A DNA stretch of 62,575 bases, counting the filler, from Choristocarpus tenellus KU-1152 (taxonomy: Eukaryota > Protista > Phaeophyceae): the NCBI GenBank assembly GCA_964200185.2. It is 9 parts of 9 records of this genome, joined end to end, with 100 filler letters (N's around TTAATTAATTAA, not from the genome) between each part and the next. Parts side by side here need not be neighbours in the genome. Positions count along the whole stretch, not along the records: positions 32,165 to 37,395 come from CAXNAD020011416.1; positions 37,496 to 47,519 come from CAXNAD020003201.1; positions 47,620 to 50,809 come from CAXNAD020021664.1; 6 more parts are not named here. The stretch is one strand, 5' to 3'. The notes beneath the pieces were generated by a model. That model did not search any database, was not told where the DNA came from, and was given only the letters and a program-made list of their open reading frames with translations. Position numbers and translations under genes: made by a program. Position 1 is the stretch's first letter. The number at the start of each line of letters is the position of its first letter. Of the stretch, positions 36,470 through 48,599 are shown one piece after another.

Positions 36470-36903
36470 GAAACTTGTTTGTGTACCTTGTTTGTGTACC
36501 TTGTTTTGCTCTTCTGCCCCTCTCTTTCTGTCCTCCTGCCCCCCTCCCTCCCCCCCACCTCCCACCCCTCCCCACCCTACCGCACATACACGCTCCCCTA
36601 CGTCTTCAATCTGCATCTCTTCCCCCTGGAACACATTTTTGTGTGCTCTGTGGCTTGGACACCTGAACGACTGCGTGGGGTGTTGGGGTCATCCATTCCA
36701 TCTCTGATTTTTTGTGGTTACTGGCAAATGGATTGTACTTTTTTTTTTTTGATGATTGGGTTGGATGGCGTGTTGGTGGAGCCAGTCAGGGTGTGATCCC
36801 CCAGTTGGATCTTTCCGCACTTGGAATGGTTTCTACAACAGTACCTGACAGCGATAACAAGATCTTTATTGGAGGACTTCCATACAACCTCACAGATGAG
36901 CAG
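32297..36903 (+). CDS. U2AF2: Splicing factor U2AF large subunit (U2AF65), internal part covering RRM1 and the start of RRM2; exons 32297-32463, 33719-33852, 36786-36903
   Basis: Spliced product QQTRHARRLYIGGVP...CYVSKDK|AFAFLELKTMELATAVLELDGIMMNETQLKIRRPSDFNPSLVPAN|QGVIPQLDLSALGMVSTTVPDSDNKIFIGGLPYNLTDEQ contains the U2AF65 signatures TRxARRLYxG, LKIRRPxD and VSTxVPDSxxKxFIGGLP. GT-AG introns in phases 0 and 2 join correctly. Confidence 0.95.
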
Positions 36904-36940
<37 letters not shown>

Positions 36941-37322
36941 GGGTGAGGGGATGAAGAGTTGAATGGGGTCTGTGGTAGGGATCCATCTTTTATCTGTTTG
37001 GTTTGTGTGTGTTTGAAGGTGACCCGACCTGTGTCTTCCATTTATTTTATTTCATGAACGATCTGAGTAGTCACTTTGATAAATCAAATAAAAATGCCAC
37101 CTGGAGGGAAAACCTCTTCCTTGATTTAGGATTTGGGTTTTAGTTGACTTGTTTGTGGCTTGGAGTAGGTATTGTTGAGTTTGAGTGTATATTGTTTTTT
37201 TCTTGTGATTCTTAGTGTTTAAGGTTAGTGTTAAGGTTAGTGTGCAGTTCAAAGGCTGGGCGTAGTGTTGGAGTATCAATTTGATGCATGCCTTTTTGTT
37301 TTGAGTTACAAGTCTTTAGTGT

Positions 37323-37395
37323 GAGTGAAAGTATCTTAGAGGGTACGAGTTTTTCCCTGTTTGTCCATTTGAGGCATGGCTACCCACCGGTTTTT
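37323..37395 (+). mobile_element. MITE family A, truncated by contig end
   Basis: gagtgaaagtatcttagagggtacgagtttttccctgtttgtccattt... Confidence 0.9.
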
Positions 37396-37495
37396 NNNNN
37401 NNNNNNNNNNNNNNNNNNNNNNNNNNNNNNNNNNNNNNNTTAATTAATTAANNNNNNNNNNNNNNNNNNNNNNNNNNNNNNNNNNNNNNNNNNNN
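37396..37495. other. Artificial assembly linker 6
   Basis: N44-TTAATTAATTAA-N44. Confidence 0.99.
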
Positions 37496-40400
37496 CCCCT
37501 CCCCTCCTAGAGAGAGTTGACGCCACACTTTGCTTCACCGCTGCTGATAGCAGACGTGCACCAGCTGAAGACGGCTCCGACGGCCTCATCTCAGTACGAG
37601 CTCTCACAGGTCGGGTCTCTGAGACCGAAACATGAGCAGTTGATCTCAGACCTCGCTTCAACCCTAACCCTACTGTGGTACCATCTGGTACCATCTGCGC
37701 TGGGACCACACTGGCCCTAAGGTTTCCCACCACTTTCTTGCTTGTGGCAGTCCCTCCTGTGATCTTTGCCCCCTCCCCCAAGGCTGTGTTGTCCAATACA
37801 AAAGATGTAAGACATGTGCAAGAGCATAGGGGGGTGGGGGTGGGGGATTGGGGTCTGGTTTTTCTGGTGGGTTGTAATGCCCCGGGGCAAATGCCTTGCC
37901 GGTTATTACATGTCTTTTTTTCCCCGAATATCAATTATTACCATAATTCATTGAAAGGATGTACCCCAACAGAGCAGTGGATAGCACAAGGGTGACAAGA
38001 GATCACGAAAGCCAAAACATCAAAGGTGAGCAGTAGGGAGAACCAAGCAACACATCAAACTAAACAAACAGGCTAGGGTTAGGGTTAGCGCTAGTGTTGA
38101 ATTTTTTTTTCTTCTCACAGACGACAATCCACTACACAGACCTGCATTGTCCCTTGCTCTCGGAGAGAGTTCATCCATTTGACCATCCACCTCCATCTTC
38201 TCCTCCCAAGGATCATTGTGACTACTGTGTTGGGTGAGGGACTGTCGGCGCCTTGACTCGTCGATTGTGAGGCGTAGGTCAGGAAGGTGCGCTGGAAGGA
38301 GTACGTGAGAGGCGGAAGAGAGTAGTCACACTGTCAGTCAGCAAGAGGAAGCCCTAACCCTAACCCCAAATACTAGCACAAACGGTATACTATTGAATAA
38401 CATACCCTTAACCCCGAACACGGACAGAATTGCAGAGAAGATGCTAGGGGATATTGTGCTGCATAATAGAGAGATAGTGCAACCTACTTTATGATAAGGT
38501 GGGAGGGACTGCATGACACCTATCAGGATGTGTTTCAGGATGTGTTTCAAAACCCCTCAAATCTCAGTGATATAGGTGACTTCAAACCATGAAGCAATAT
38601 ACGGCAAGTCTTCTGTGTGCTATCAATTCGAAGTAAGTCGATGGTTTTGATTGGGTGGCGAGAGTGTAACTTTAATGACCAACTGACATTTTACAACAAA
38701 TTAGAACAACAACAAAGAAGAGGACAGTACAATTTCACTTTGACAACAACAGTCTTTTGGTATATTTTGTGCCGATTTATCAAAAAACAGGCGCAAAGTA
38801 GTAAGGTGAACATTACAATACATACAGTGTGCATACACTATGATACAGTATAGTATCGTAGTATACATACCCCCTGACTTCAAATTGCAGGCGCCCAACA
38901 ACCAACCAGGTAGACACCTTGACACACGTGCTAAGATGTGCTTGGATTCTTGAGTGAAAGAAAATTTCTTTATGCGAGAACCTAGTTATTGGTTGCACTA
39001 CTGGAGATCATGAACTACGGAATATGAAATAGTCAATAGATGACAAAACAACATATTTAAAAGCACAGTAGCCAGGGTGCCCTAAGGGCTTGTCCCCACT
39101 GGAGAGTTTAATAGATAAATATAGATTCCACCACAACAAAATGGACACTGTACATAATCCACTTTTCTTTTCTAGTCTTGTTGGGGAAACAAGATGATGT
39201 GGGTCATGTGCAACCCTAGGAGACAAGTAGACAGTGACCTTTACATTTTGGGACAGTTCTCGAGAATGACCAGTTTGATCACCCTCACCTTTGGAGCGTG
39301 CCTTGGCAACTCAACATGTAGATAAGACATATTGGTGTGATCAATTCGTGAAAAGTTCTGATTTGGTAGAGATGATACTGGGTTTTATGCACATCGCCAT
39401 GCAGAGGTCTCTTTCCCTTTAAAAAAAAACCCAAAAACCCCAAAAAACTCCCACCCCCTTTTGCTCCCTCATGCTCTCTCTTATGTAAATCTAGGAATAC
39501 AGACGTAACCTTAACCCTAATACAGTTGTTTCATAGCAACTACAACAGCTTTTATCAGTCTGAGCACCGACCAGTTACTTCTTGATCTTAACTAAGGCGT
39601 AAGGATGTGGACATGAAAAAAATCAGGTAACTTTCCCACCATGGATCACGAATTCTTCATCTATATGATTATCACAAACACCAGGTGGATTGGAGAGGCT
39701 TGGAGATGGAGTGCATGAATCTTGTAGTTTCGTAGTGTCATGCAGACTATTTGATCAGTCCACATACATCTTTCAAACTCCATAAAGAAAGACACTCTCC
39801 ACTACCTCTCAAATCACATCAAATAACACTACAGAAAAAATAACACCATCTTGATATGTCGATGGTATATTTCAGAAGAACCGTAAAACTACATAACAGG
39901 TAGAACAAACCTAGCTGACTAGTGATATTTGATTGACCCACAAATATTGACGACAAATCAGAGATTGCTACTGACTTCAACTACACAATGGAGTGTCAGA
40001 GGGTCAGCAATATGATGTTACCAATCAAACCATTGATGGGATAATCTTACTCCATGGCAACGGGTTCCTATTTTTCACAGTAAAAATGTACCACACTCTC
40101 CATCAATAACATACTACCTACTATTCTATTACCTAAACACTATACTACAGAATTACATCCGCGATCGAGAAATAATAAAAATATTAATACTGAAGAACAA
40201 TAATACCAGAAAAAATAAAAGTATTCTTACATCATAAGAAAAATGCTAATAATAAAAACAAAAATCCTTCCTCGTAGCACACGTATCATAACGTAGCCGC
40301 TGTCCTTACCCTTTGCCTTCATGTCCTCCTCCTCCTCCGAAGCAATCCCTCCCACGATTTTGATTGCCCCACGAAGTGCTGGGGCTTGACCATTCTTCTC

Positions 40401-42999
40401 CTTTCCATTCCTTTCCCCCCACCCTCCACCTCCGCCCTCATCTGCTCTTTGTCTAGTGGTTTCAGGAAAGAAGTTAAATTTAGGGTTAAGACACGCAACA
40501 AATGCTAGTTATTAGCTGAGGAGCACACATGGGCTTGTCCATTCGAATGCTAAATGTTGCTGCTTTAAAACATTAAATATAGAAATATAGAAAGCAAAAC
40601 GGTGTACCCCCCACCAAGGCAAGGTACACCTCTTGTTGACTCTTTCGGGTCCATCAATGAAAAAGAAAAGAAAAAGTTACAAAAAGGACAAACATCTCCT
40701 GCCCCCCCCTACGTGGTGACATGGAAACTAAGAGTTGATAGGGGACATGACACCATCAAGCGTGGCGCAATAATTTAAACTAGCCTATTGATTTCTATTT
40801 CTTGAAAGTGTGGGAAACCATGCGTTCTCTTGAAACTGCGCTCATTTAAGGTAGACACTCACAACACATTTTTCTTATGCCTACATAAAAAATGAACAAA
40901 CATCAATAAATGTTATCAATAAATGTTATCTTTCAAATCGCTATGAAATGGTTTGCTCACGAAAACACACATGCTAAAATAGCATAAATACATAAATACA
41001 AACACTCATACAGCCACAATACATAGAAATATTTTACACATGGGATAAAAAACACAGTATCAATGCACCAAGTAACTACACAGATGAAGACCAAGTATCT
41101 ACATAGCACGTACCAAAAACAGAACAAGTCCATCACCGCACACACCCTGTAACCATCGCCTCATGAAACATCCACAAGAAAACACAAAAGTTTGCTACCA
41201 CAACAATCACAGTTCCGAAATTTACCAATTCAACAACAAACCAATTGAATCAGAAAATATTGGCGCCCTAGTCGAAGCAATTCAATTAGCTGGGAGTATT
41301 TTACTCCCACTTGTGTCCGCTCAACTGAAACCCCTTTGCTAAAATTGAGCACACACTGTGGTTTCAAACCAATTTCTCATCAAGTCCAAAGTATCTTTCA
41401 TTTGCAGTCCTAGTGTGTACCCCATTGTCAACATACTCTAGTCGGTAGGTACTTTCCAAAGTCTCCAAGCCATGGAGTTCCACACCACAACGAGCTTACT
41501 ATGCCTGGGAAGAGATGTCAACAATAAAAACAATACTACAGAGGTCTGGGGTTAGGGACAGTTGCACAACAGAACATGAGTCCCACTATTTTAGTTCAAT
41601 TTCATAACGGGACATCTCTTAGAGTGTGTAGGGTACACCTTAATACTGCACGAGAAAAAATTGTATATCTACCACTGTCATACTCCCCATTTCATACTTG
41701 GTCACCCCCGGGGATTTCCCAGACTAGCCAAAGCCCCCCCCCCCCAAGAGCACCTCTATTTTCCACCACAACCATGATTTGATTCGACACAGCAATGACA
41801 ACTAACCAACCACAACTACAACAGAAGTACAGCATCCCTTAATCTACTCCAAACACACCCAGGGTTTCTCACCTTTGTAAAGGTGTTTCCTGCTTGCTTT
41901 GATCCCCCTTTGCCCTATCCCTATCCCTCCCCCTGCCAGTGTCCCACCCCCCCTCTCTGTCCCAGCCTTTTCTCCTCTCCCTGTGTATGTCTCGACTCCT
42001 CTCCCTGCTACTCTCCCTTCCTCGGTCTCTCCTCCTCCCTCGGTCCCATCTACCGCTGTGGTCCATGGTCCAGTCGCTGTCCCTGTGCCGGTCCCATTCC
42101 CGGTCCCTACCAACATCATGGTCCCTGCTTTGGCTACGACCTCTACGGGGCGAATACCTCTCTGTACGCTGCCTCTCACTCACCACAACCTGACAAATGC
42201 AAACAGGGGTACAGTTGGTGGATAGTGCTCATAGTGCTAATGCATCACTGCCCAGGCATTTCAGTATCTTCACCACAGTGACTTATCAACGGACACAAGA
42301 AGGGGAACATTTCACTGCAATGTGTACAAGGAAGGATATCATTGGTGTCACACACTTGGTACATAGTATCTAAGGTATTACGGTACATAGTATCTAAGGT
42401 ATTACGGTACATAATATCTAAGGTATTACGGTACAATGAGTTAACATCTACAATGAGTTAACATCAACAGTGCCAGGAGGGCAACAAATGGTCCCTACAG
42501 TCATCATGTTCAGCTCGTGGGTTGGAAACATAGAGCACAGGTATCCATCATACAGATAGGTATGCATGCCCAATAGAGATAAACCAATGAACTGAGAAGG
42601 TGCAAGTACGTCAAGAGCTATCAATGACACTGTCAAAAGGTGGTACATACAAACAAAAAGATAACCTCAATGTGGCAGCAATCTGAAAGAGTTGGACATA
42701 CACATCAGGTGAGCAGAAGAACAACCATGGTTGGGTTCATTCCAAAGTTCTAGATCACAAAACACGTTGACACTTCATGTTACCGTTTGATGAATTTCGT
42801 TGTTGTGGTTGTTAACAATAATGAAAGCCCTGAACGTATCACGTATCACGTATCAGGGATGTGTGTTTGCTATACACACATGGTAATGGACGGGATGCAC
42901 CTGGCAAAAGATATGACAAGAAACCTTCATCTAAGTGGACATCACGCACAACAAACAAAACACACACTTCAAACAAAAGCTCAACACCCTCAACATAAC

Positions 43000-43038
<39 letters not shown>

Positions 43039-45495
43039 TTTGTATACTACTGTTCAACACAGAGGATAACACAATCACTAACACAGTTACATAGTATACA
43101 AGAAAAAAAGCAATCAAATTTATACAATTCCTTACCTTGGACAGCACTGGCCGTCGCCGCTCATCTTGACCCTTGGAAGAGCTTGCCCCAGAGACCTTGG
43201 ATGAAACCGCTGGGGGAACTGTAGCCAATGGGGCCACTAGATTACTCTTATCACCCCCAGAGCTAGGCTGTTGATCTTTCCCTTGAGGCTCAACCTTGTC
43301 AGACTTTTTGGAGACTTTGGTGGTAGGAGGTGAAGAGCTAATCACACCGATGAGAAAGTTACCCAGCCTGAATTAACCACAGCCCACAAAAACAAAATAA
43401 CACCGAGAGGGGTTAGGGCTATAAATAATTGCTTTTATTCGTGGGGTTGAGAGGTTTTACTTTCTAACACTTAACATAAAAAAACTTTCATTATTCAGAA
43501 AACTATGGCCAGTCTGTGAATTGAGGTCTGTGAGGGCTAGTTGGAGACAGGAGGTTCCTTGATGCTGTATAGATGGTGTTCATTTTTGTCCTCACAAAGA
43601 CAGAACCTTGCCTTGGCAACACGGTCTCCTGTTCTTTGTGAACTAAAATTTCCATCCAGATCCAGCAGTGTTCTACTCTTGCTGTAGCCCCCAGACTAAT
43701 TAAAGCATACAAATGATACCAGTGAATCACAATTGATGCAATGATCCCAACTTAGGCACTTTCTACCATATTCACACTATTAAAAAAAAAGAATATCAAG
43801 ACATTTTTTTATCCCCCCATGTTGGTAGAGAGGGAAGCACAATGCCACAGACACCTCACTGTTGGATTCCACTTGACTAGATTGACTAACATCGCCAGTC
43901 ACTGCCATAACACCAGCGAGATCTATAGAGTTTGAAGTACACTCACTGGGGAGACTTAGTTGTGGAGAGGAGCATTTGTATCCCACTTCCTACAACAACA
44001 GCCATCAGACCGTTCCAAACCAAACCACGAGGCAGGGGCATATTGCCCTACAACACTTTTTCTCGAAGATAAAGAAAGGTGGAGATATCCATAGTTCAGA
44101 CACATTAGCAGACACAGCTATGTCTTCAACACATTCCACCAGGAGAGGGGGTGGGCATCTCACCATTCAGAGAACACTGCAGCTGTTGCAGGCGTGAGAA
44201 GGTCCTCCAACTGAGCACACATATCCCTGTGTGTTCAGACATTAATCAGACATTGAATCACAAGCAAGAACAAACACAGGCCAAGATCAAGGTGAGACAA
44301 ATAATATGAATATTCGCCACAACAAGCAATTTACAAATTTTCGTAACCGTTTCAGGCAAGCAAATCACAACAATGAGGCATCAAGCTAGAGGATTGGTAT
44401 TGGTTGAGTGTTATAGTACGATAGCTTGGTCTTTTGTCTTGCCTGATGTTCTTTCCGTTAGTGACCATCACCATTACATATTCAGGGAAAACCTCGTCAC
44501 ATGGATCGCCCATCAGTTCCGTCAGCTTCACGGTCACCGCAGCCTGTCACCCAGGTTTTTTGAGGCCCAGGAGGAGAAAGGGGAAAGAGCAGTGGGGGGT
44601 GGTTACCAGTGCAATATGTAATGGAACACATGACGCTCCTATGATGAATACACTGTTGCGGTTCACATGATGCGTTTTTCATCACAAATGATCATTCATC
44701 CAGAGGTCGAAGAGAACAAGGCTGAGATAATGTCTCCACTTGCCCAATATCGTTCGCTTCTTCACCTGACGCCTGAGAGAGCGGTAAAATATATCAATTC
44801 AAGTATACAACAGATAGGTCTATGTACAAGATATGAGAGCTATTTTTGAGCATAGTGCGTCATATTTTCCGATTTTAAGTGTCTAAACCCACGGAAAGAA
44901 TCTGTACACCATGTGAACTTGCGACTGTTCCGTCTCCTACTTGTTGGTCATCTGTCGTAGTACTACCCATAGCAAAAATCAGACGACGGAGCTGTTCTTA
45001 TAAATAGATTAAAAATGTGCTGTGAAGGTAGAGTATAAATAAAAGGAAGGATCCCAGGAGTCCATCAGATCCCACTAGGTACCTGACTCAGGATGACCAC
45101 GGTCACGTTTCAAGTATAATGGCTTATCGGCAAAACAAGTGCAAAACTAAGCACCAAATGCTATTTCAAGGATCATTGCACATTTTTACACCACAGTAAG
45201 ATTTTACAACTATTCTGGGAGCAATCGTACGTTGGTATCTTCTCGCTTTAGAAGCGAGACAGAGTCGACATGTGCCCAGACCTGGATGTACGGAATATCA
45301 TGAAATGTAGTTTTGTCAATTTAAATTTGAGATCTACAATAAATTTCAAGTCCTTCCAAGTACTGGTCGCAGCTTAATTCAACCCCAACATGCTCAAACC
45401 TTGATCTTGGTCAGTTCATCCTTCCGGAGTTCTCTCCCTGGCGTAAAGTCCATCAGCTTTTCGCTATCATCGCTGAAGGCTGGCGCCGAAGGCAT
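37496..45495 (-). CDS. Nab2/ZC3H14-like protein with an N-terminal PWI-like domain and RD/RE-rich region, 5' part; exons 45495-45400, 44543-44443, 44226-44164, 43367-43136, 42189-41873, 40452-40310, 38291-38142, 37783-<37496
   Basis: Eight exons join in frame (intron phases 0,2,2,0,2,1,1). The N-terminus ELTKIKAAVTVKLTELMGDPCDEVFPEYVMVMVTNGKNIRDMCAQLEDLLTPATAAVFSEWLGNFL resembles the ZC3H14 PWI-like domain (DEELPDYIMVMVANKK...F..WL). No CCCH fingers are seen before the contig ends, so an RBM26/27-type PWI protein is not excluded. The exon 8 acceptor is the least certain boundary. Confidence 0.8.
42358..42465. repeat. Intronic minisatellites: 24 bp x3, then 17 bp x2
   Basis: ggtacata(g/a)tatctaaggtattac three times, then tacaatgagttaacatc twice. 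Confidence 0.9.
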
Positions 45496-46043
45496 TGCTG
45501 CCCAGCAATGAAGACAGTAGTTTCGATCTTTTTTTCTGATACAATCAAGCACATCGATGGAAAATATAAAGGAGTCAAAGTAAAGTTGGGAAATATGGGA
45601 AATGTGTCTTGTCTGTAACCTCGAACCTGAGAAACGGACGGCACACATGGGTGGGTCATGGATTGTTCTCTTAAACACAACATCTGGTAAAGTAAGCTTG
45701 AAATACTACAATATCAACTCACATCAAGGACTTCTCCTTTACTGTATACACTGCCCGGCTTGTGATCCCTCTATCAAAGTCAAGTCGGGGGTGACCATCT
45801 ACTCTTTGTAGGTTCCAACCTACTAATCCTTTCCAGATTTCTCTGCGAGTGACCGCGAGCGATTGCGCGATTGTCCCTACTCCTTTGCTTTACCTCAACC
45901 TTTCAAGTGTGGTGTAGGTACGATCACATCGCTGCACAGGCAGCAGCAGCAGCCGCAGCAGCAGCAGCAGCAGAGCGAGACAGACAGACAGACAGACAGA
46001 AAGACAGAGAGAGGTGCACACAGAAAGACCTTCACCTGTAACT
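45496..46043. promoter_or_regulatory. Putative bidirectional promoter and 5'UTR region (548 bp)
   Basis: Lies between divergent ATGs at 45495 (-) and 46044 (+). Contains a CpG-rich patch (45845-45870) and CAG and GACA microsatellites. No specific promoter element identified. Confidence 0.55.
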
Positions 46044-47444
46044 ATGGATGTAAAGGGTGGTAGTGGTGACGGTGGGAATGCAACCATCGCACGTGCCCCA
46101 GACACTTTGTTCGCCTCTTGCAGACCAAGTCTAAGTCAAGAGACAGTTGAGGCAGTCAGCGAGATGGGTTTTCAACACATGACCCCCGTACAGGTTAGAA
46201 ACTCTATGGAATGGGTTCGCTTATGTATCTCATGATGCTGTCCTGAAGAGTAGGGTATTGAATTTTTCGACGTTGAGGACTGCCCCTATAGTGCTTGCAC
46301 ACGGTTGCACACATGCCATTCTGACCTGATAGGTCATTGTTCTTATCTCAATAGTTGATGAGCTTGGAGCTCTGGCCCTTCCTCGAAGACCGTCTGACTT
46401 GATGTTCGTGTTGACAACAGATCCTGTGTTTTCGCTAGAGATGCTTGAACAGTAGGTTGGTTTGTGCATCTTGGTAACACTTTCCTGGCTTGCAGTACGA
46501 CCCTCGACCTGACAATGTCCGGCCAATATCACCAGTGATATTTTAGAGATGTAGCAGCTATTACTAAATACACGCATAGCTATTGGACGGTTTAGTCACA
46601 CCGTCACCACCCGTGTGCAGACTCCGAATGAGGTTAGGTTCAAACTTAGTACCACACACAAACCTTCTCCAGTCACAAGAGAAACAAGAAAATTGATTCT
46701 CAATCCAAACCGCTCCAGTGGAACATGCACCTAATCGATGGGACTCTGAGCATACAATAATACTCAGTTGCTAGTTCATGTCAGCAGACCTTGTCGACCT
46801 CTAAACACTTTAACAACTGTGAGTACCACTTCTGGACCCCAGGCTGCAACGATCCCTCTCTTTCTGACGAACAAAGACGTTTGTGTGGAGGCTGTTACGG
46901 GCTCTGGCAAGACTTTGGCCTTTGTGGTGCCTGCGGTGGAGATGATTCTTAGGCGTGAGACCGAGCTGAAGCGAAACCAGATCGGAGCCATTATCATCAC
47001 GCCAACAAGGTACTACAAACTACCACTCCATGTTCCTTTTAGATCATGACCAAATCTGTAACAGTGCATAGAGGTGCATAGAGGTGCATCCATCCAATCG
47101 CCCTGTCCCCTCCCTAGATGCTCTCCTCATCCATAACCCTAACCCTAAGTTCGCGGATGTTTTGATGGGAAATCGCTCTATTTCATGTAACTATTGATAG
47201 TGCCTAACCTGCTTTCCTTTCCCCTCCCCGCCAACAAAACTAAGAGAGCTGGCCAATCAGATCTTTGGAGTGGTGTCCAAATTCAGTGAGAAAGTAGACG
47301 AGGCCAGACCCCTCCTTGTGGTGGGTGGCACCAGCGTAGAAGACTCTCTGGCCTCCTTCAGAGATGTGGGTGCAAGGATCCTGGTGGGCACGCCGGGCAG
47401 GCTAGAAGACCTCCTTGGCAACTACAATGTCTTTGACACAAGAG
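46044..47444 (+). CDS. DDX55: DEAD-box RNA helicase DDX55/Spb4, 5' part; exons 46044-46193, 46843-47009, 47245-47444
   Basis: Q motif GFQHMTPVQ|[27 protein letters not shown] (motif I, Spb4/DDX55-type), motif Ia PTR|ELA, LLVVGGT, and [11 protein letters not shown]. Phases 0 and 2 join correctly. The contig ends before the DEAD motif. Confidence 0.92.
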
Positions 47445-47519
47445 GTTTGGATCAATCGTTCAGGGGGTGTGTGTGCGTGTGGGGGGCGTGTGGGGGGGGA
47501 GGGGGGGGGGAGGGGGTCG

Positions 47520-47619
47520 NNNNNNNNNNNNNNNNNNNNNNNNNNNNNNNNNNNNNNNNNNNNTTAATTAATTAANNNNNNNNNNNNNNNNNNNNNNNNN
47601 NNNNNNNNNNNNNNNNNNN
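47520..47619. other. Artificial assembly linker 7
   Basis: N44-TTAATTAATTAA-N44. Confidence 0.99.
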
Positions 47620-48599
47620 CCAGATACTTTGGGTCAAAACCCATAAGTGAAGTGGACAGCAGTAAAATCAATGCAACCTACGACACTCTACCTTTCTATC
47701 TCATCATCGCTCCTCCGCTCACTGGAAAAATTACCATTATGTAATAGGAGGGGACTAAGTAGCCCTGCTGCATGCCCTTCCTAAGGCCAATTTACCACCT
47801 GTTATGCACCAACTCATATTGCAACCTATGTGAAGTTTACAGCACTGCCCAGAATGATGGTTTATTTCTGACTGGAGCATACTTCTTCTTGTAGCAGCAT
47901 TGTATGTAGTCTTGATATTGGCGAATGAAGACTGTATTACAAAATATATACACAAGGTAAATGATCATCACTGGTAGATGAGCCGGGGTAATCAGAACAA
48001 TATCAACAACCTCAGTTTCATCCATACACCTCACAAATTGCCCATCGCCTCCCTTGTCAACCCTAGTTCTCCCCACCACCACCCCCCGCTCATACCAAGG
48101 TCCCATCTATGTTGCAAAAGTGTTTTATACTCTGTTATTGTCAAAATGCATTGAAATTTCTCTAACACAGCATTCAAACAATATTTTAGGTAGCACAGTA
48201 GCCCCTTCATCTCTCATCCTGGTATGAGTTTGTCACTTAATATGTCTTTGTACTCGTATCCTTGCATCCTAGTGTCTGTGCCTGTATTTTTTTTGTGTGT
48301 CTCTCTGTCTGTGTGTCAATGTCTCCAGTTCTGGCATTGCTTGCTGGTCGGGCGAGCTCTAGTCTACACGGTTTTGTAAGGATGAAGCGAAGTAATCAAG
48401 GAGTGCTACGGATGTGGGGCAGAGAGAAGGTTGCCCGGCTAAACATGCCATAGAGTGATTCATCAGGATACTGGGTAGAAGAAAGGGGGGATATCATGCC
48501 CATTGGCTCAGCCACTGGGCCTTGCACACCAAAGTTTACAATTTGTGGGTGACCTAATTACTTATCCGGAAAATGTATGACTTCCATGCAGAAAGAAAC

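Noticed and set aside
35140-36796. Many overlapping ORFs up to 210 aa, including poly-Cys, poly-Gln and AV repeats
   Set aside because: They come from low-complexity C/T tracts and a (GCTGTT)n microsatellite inside a U2AF2 intron and show no domain signal.
38292-38335. Upstream acceptor (gacag|tg) for exon 7 of the PWI gene
   Set aside because: It gives an immediate in-frame TGA, whereas the downstream ttccag acceptor has a good pyrimidine tract and keeps the frame open.
41844-42281. Overlapping plus-strand Pro-rich ORFs
   Set aside because: They are antisense shadows of the RD/RE-rich exon 42189-41873 of the PWI gene.
45863-46063. Poly-Gln ORF upstream of DDX55
   Set aside because: It starts at a non-ATG codon, is out of frame with DDX55, and is explained by a CAG microsatellite in the leader.
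32297-47444. Apparent RNA-processing gene cluster (U2AF2, PWI protein, DDX55)
   Set aside because: U2AF2 is separated from the other two by an artificial linker at 37396-37495, and the genes on both sides are truncated there, so the adjacency is unsupported.
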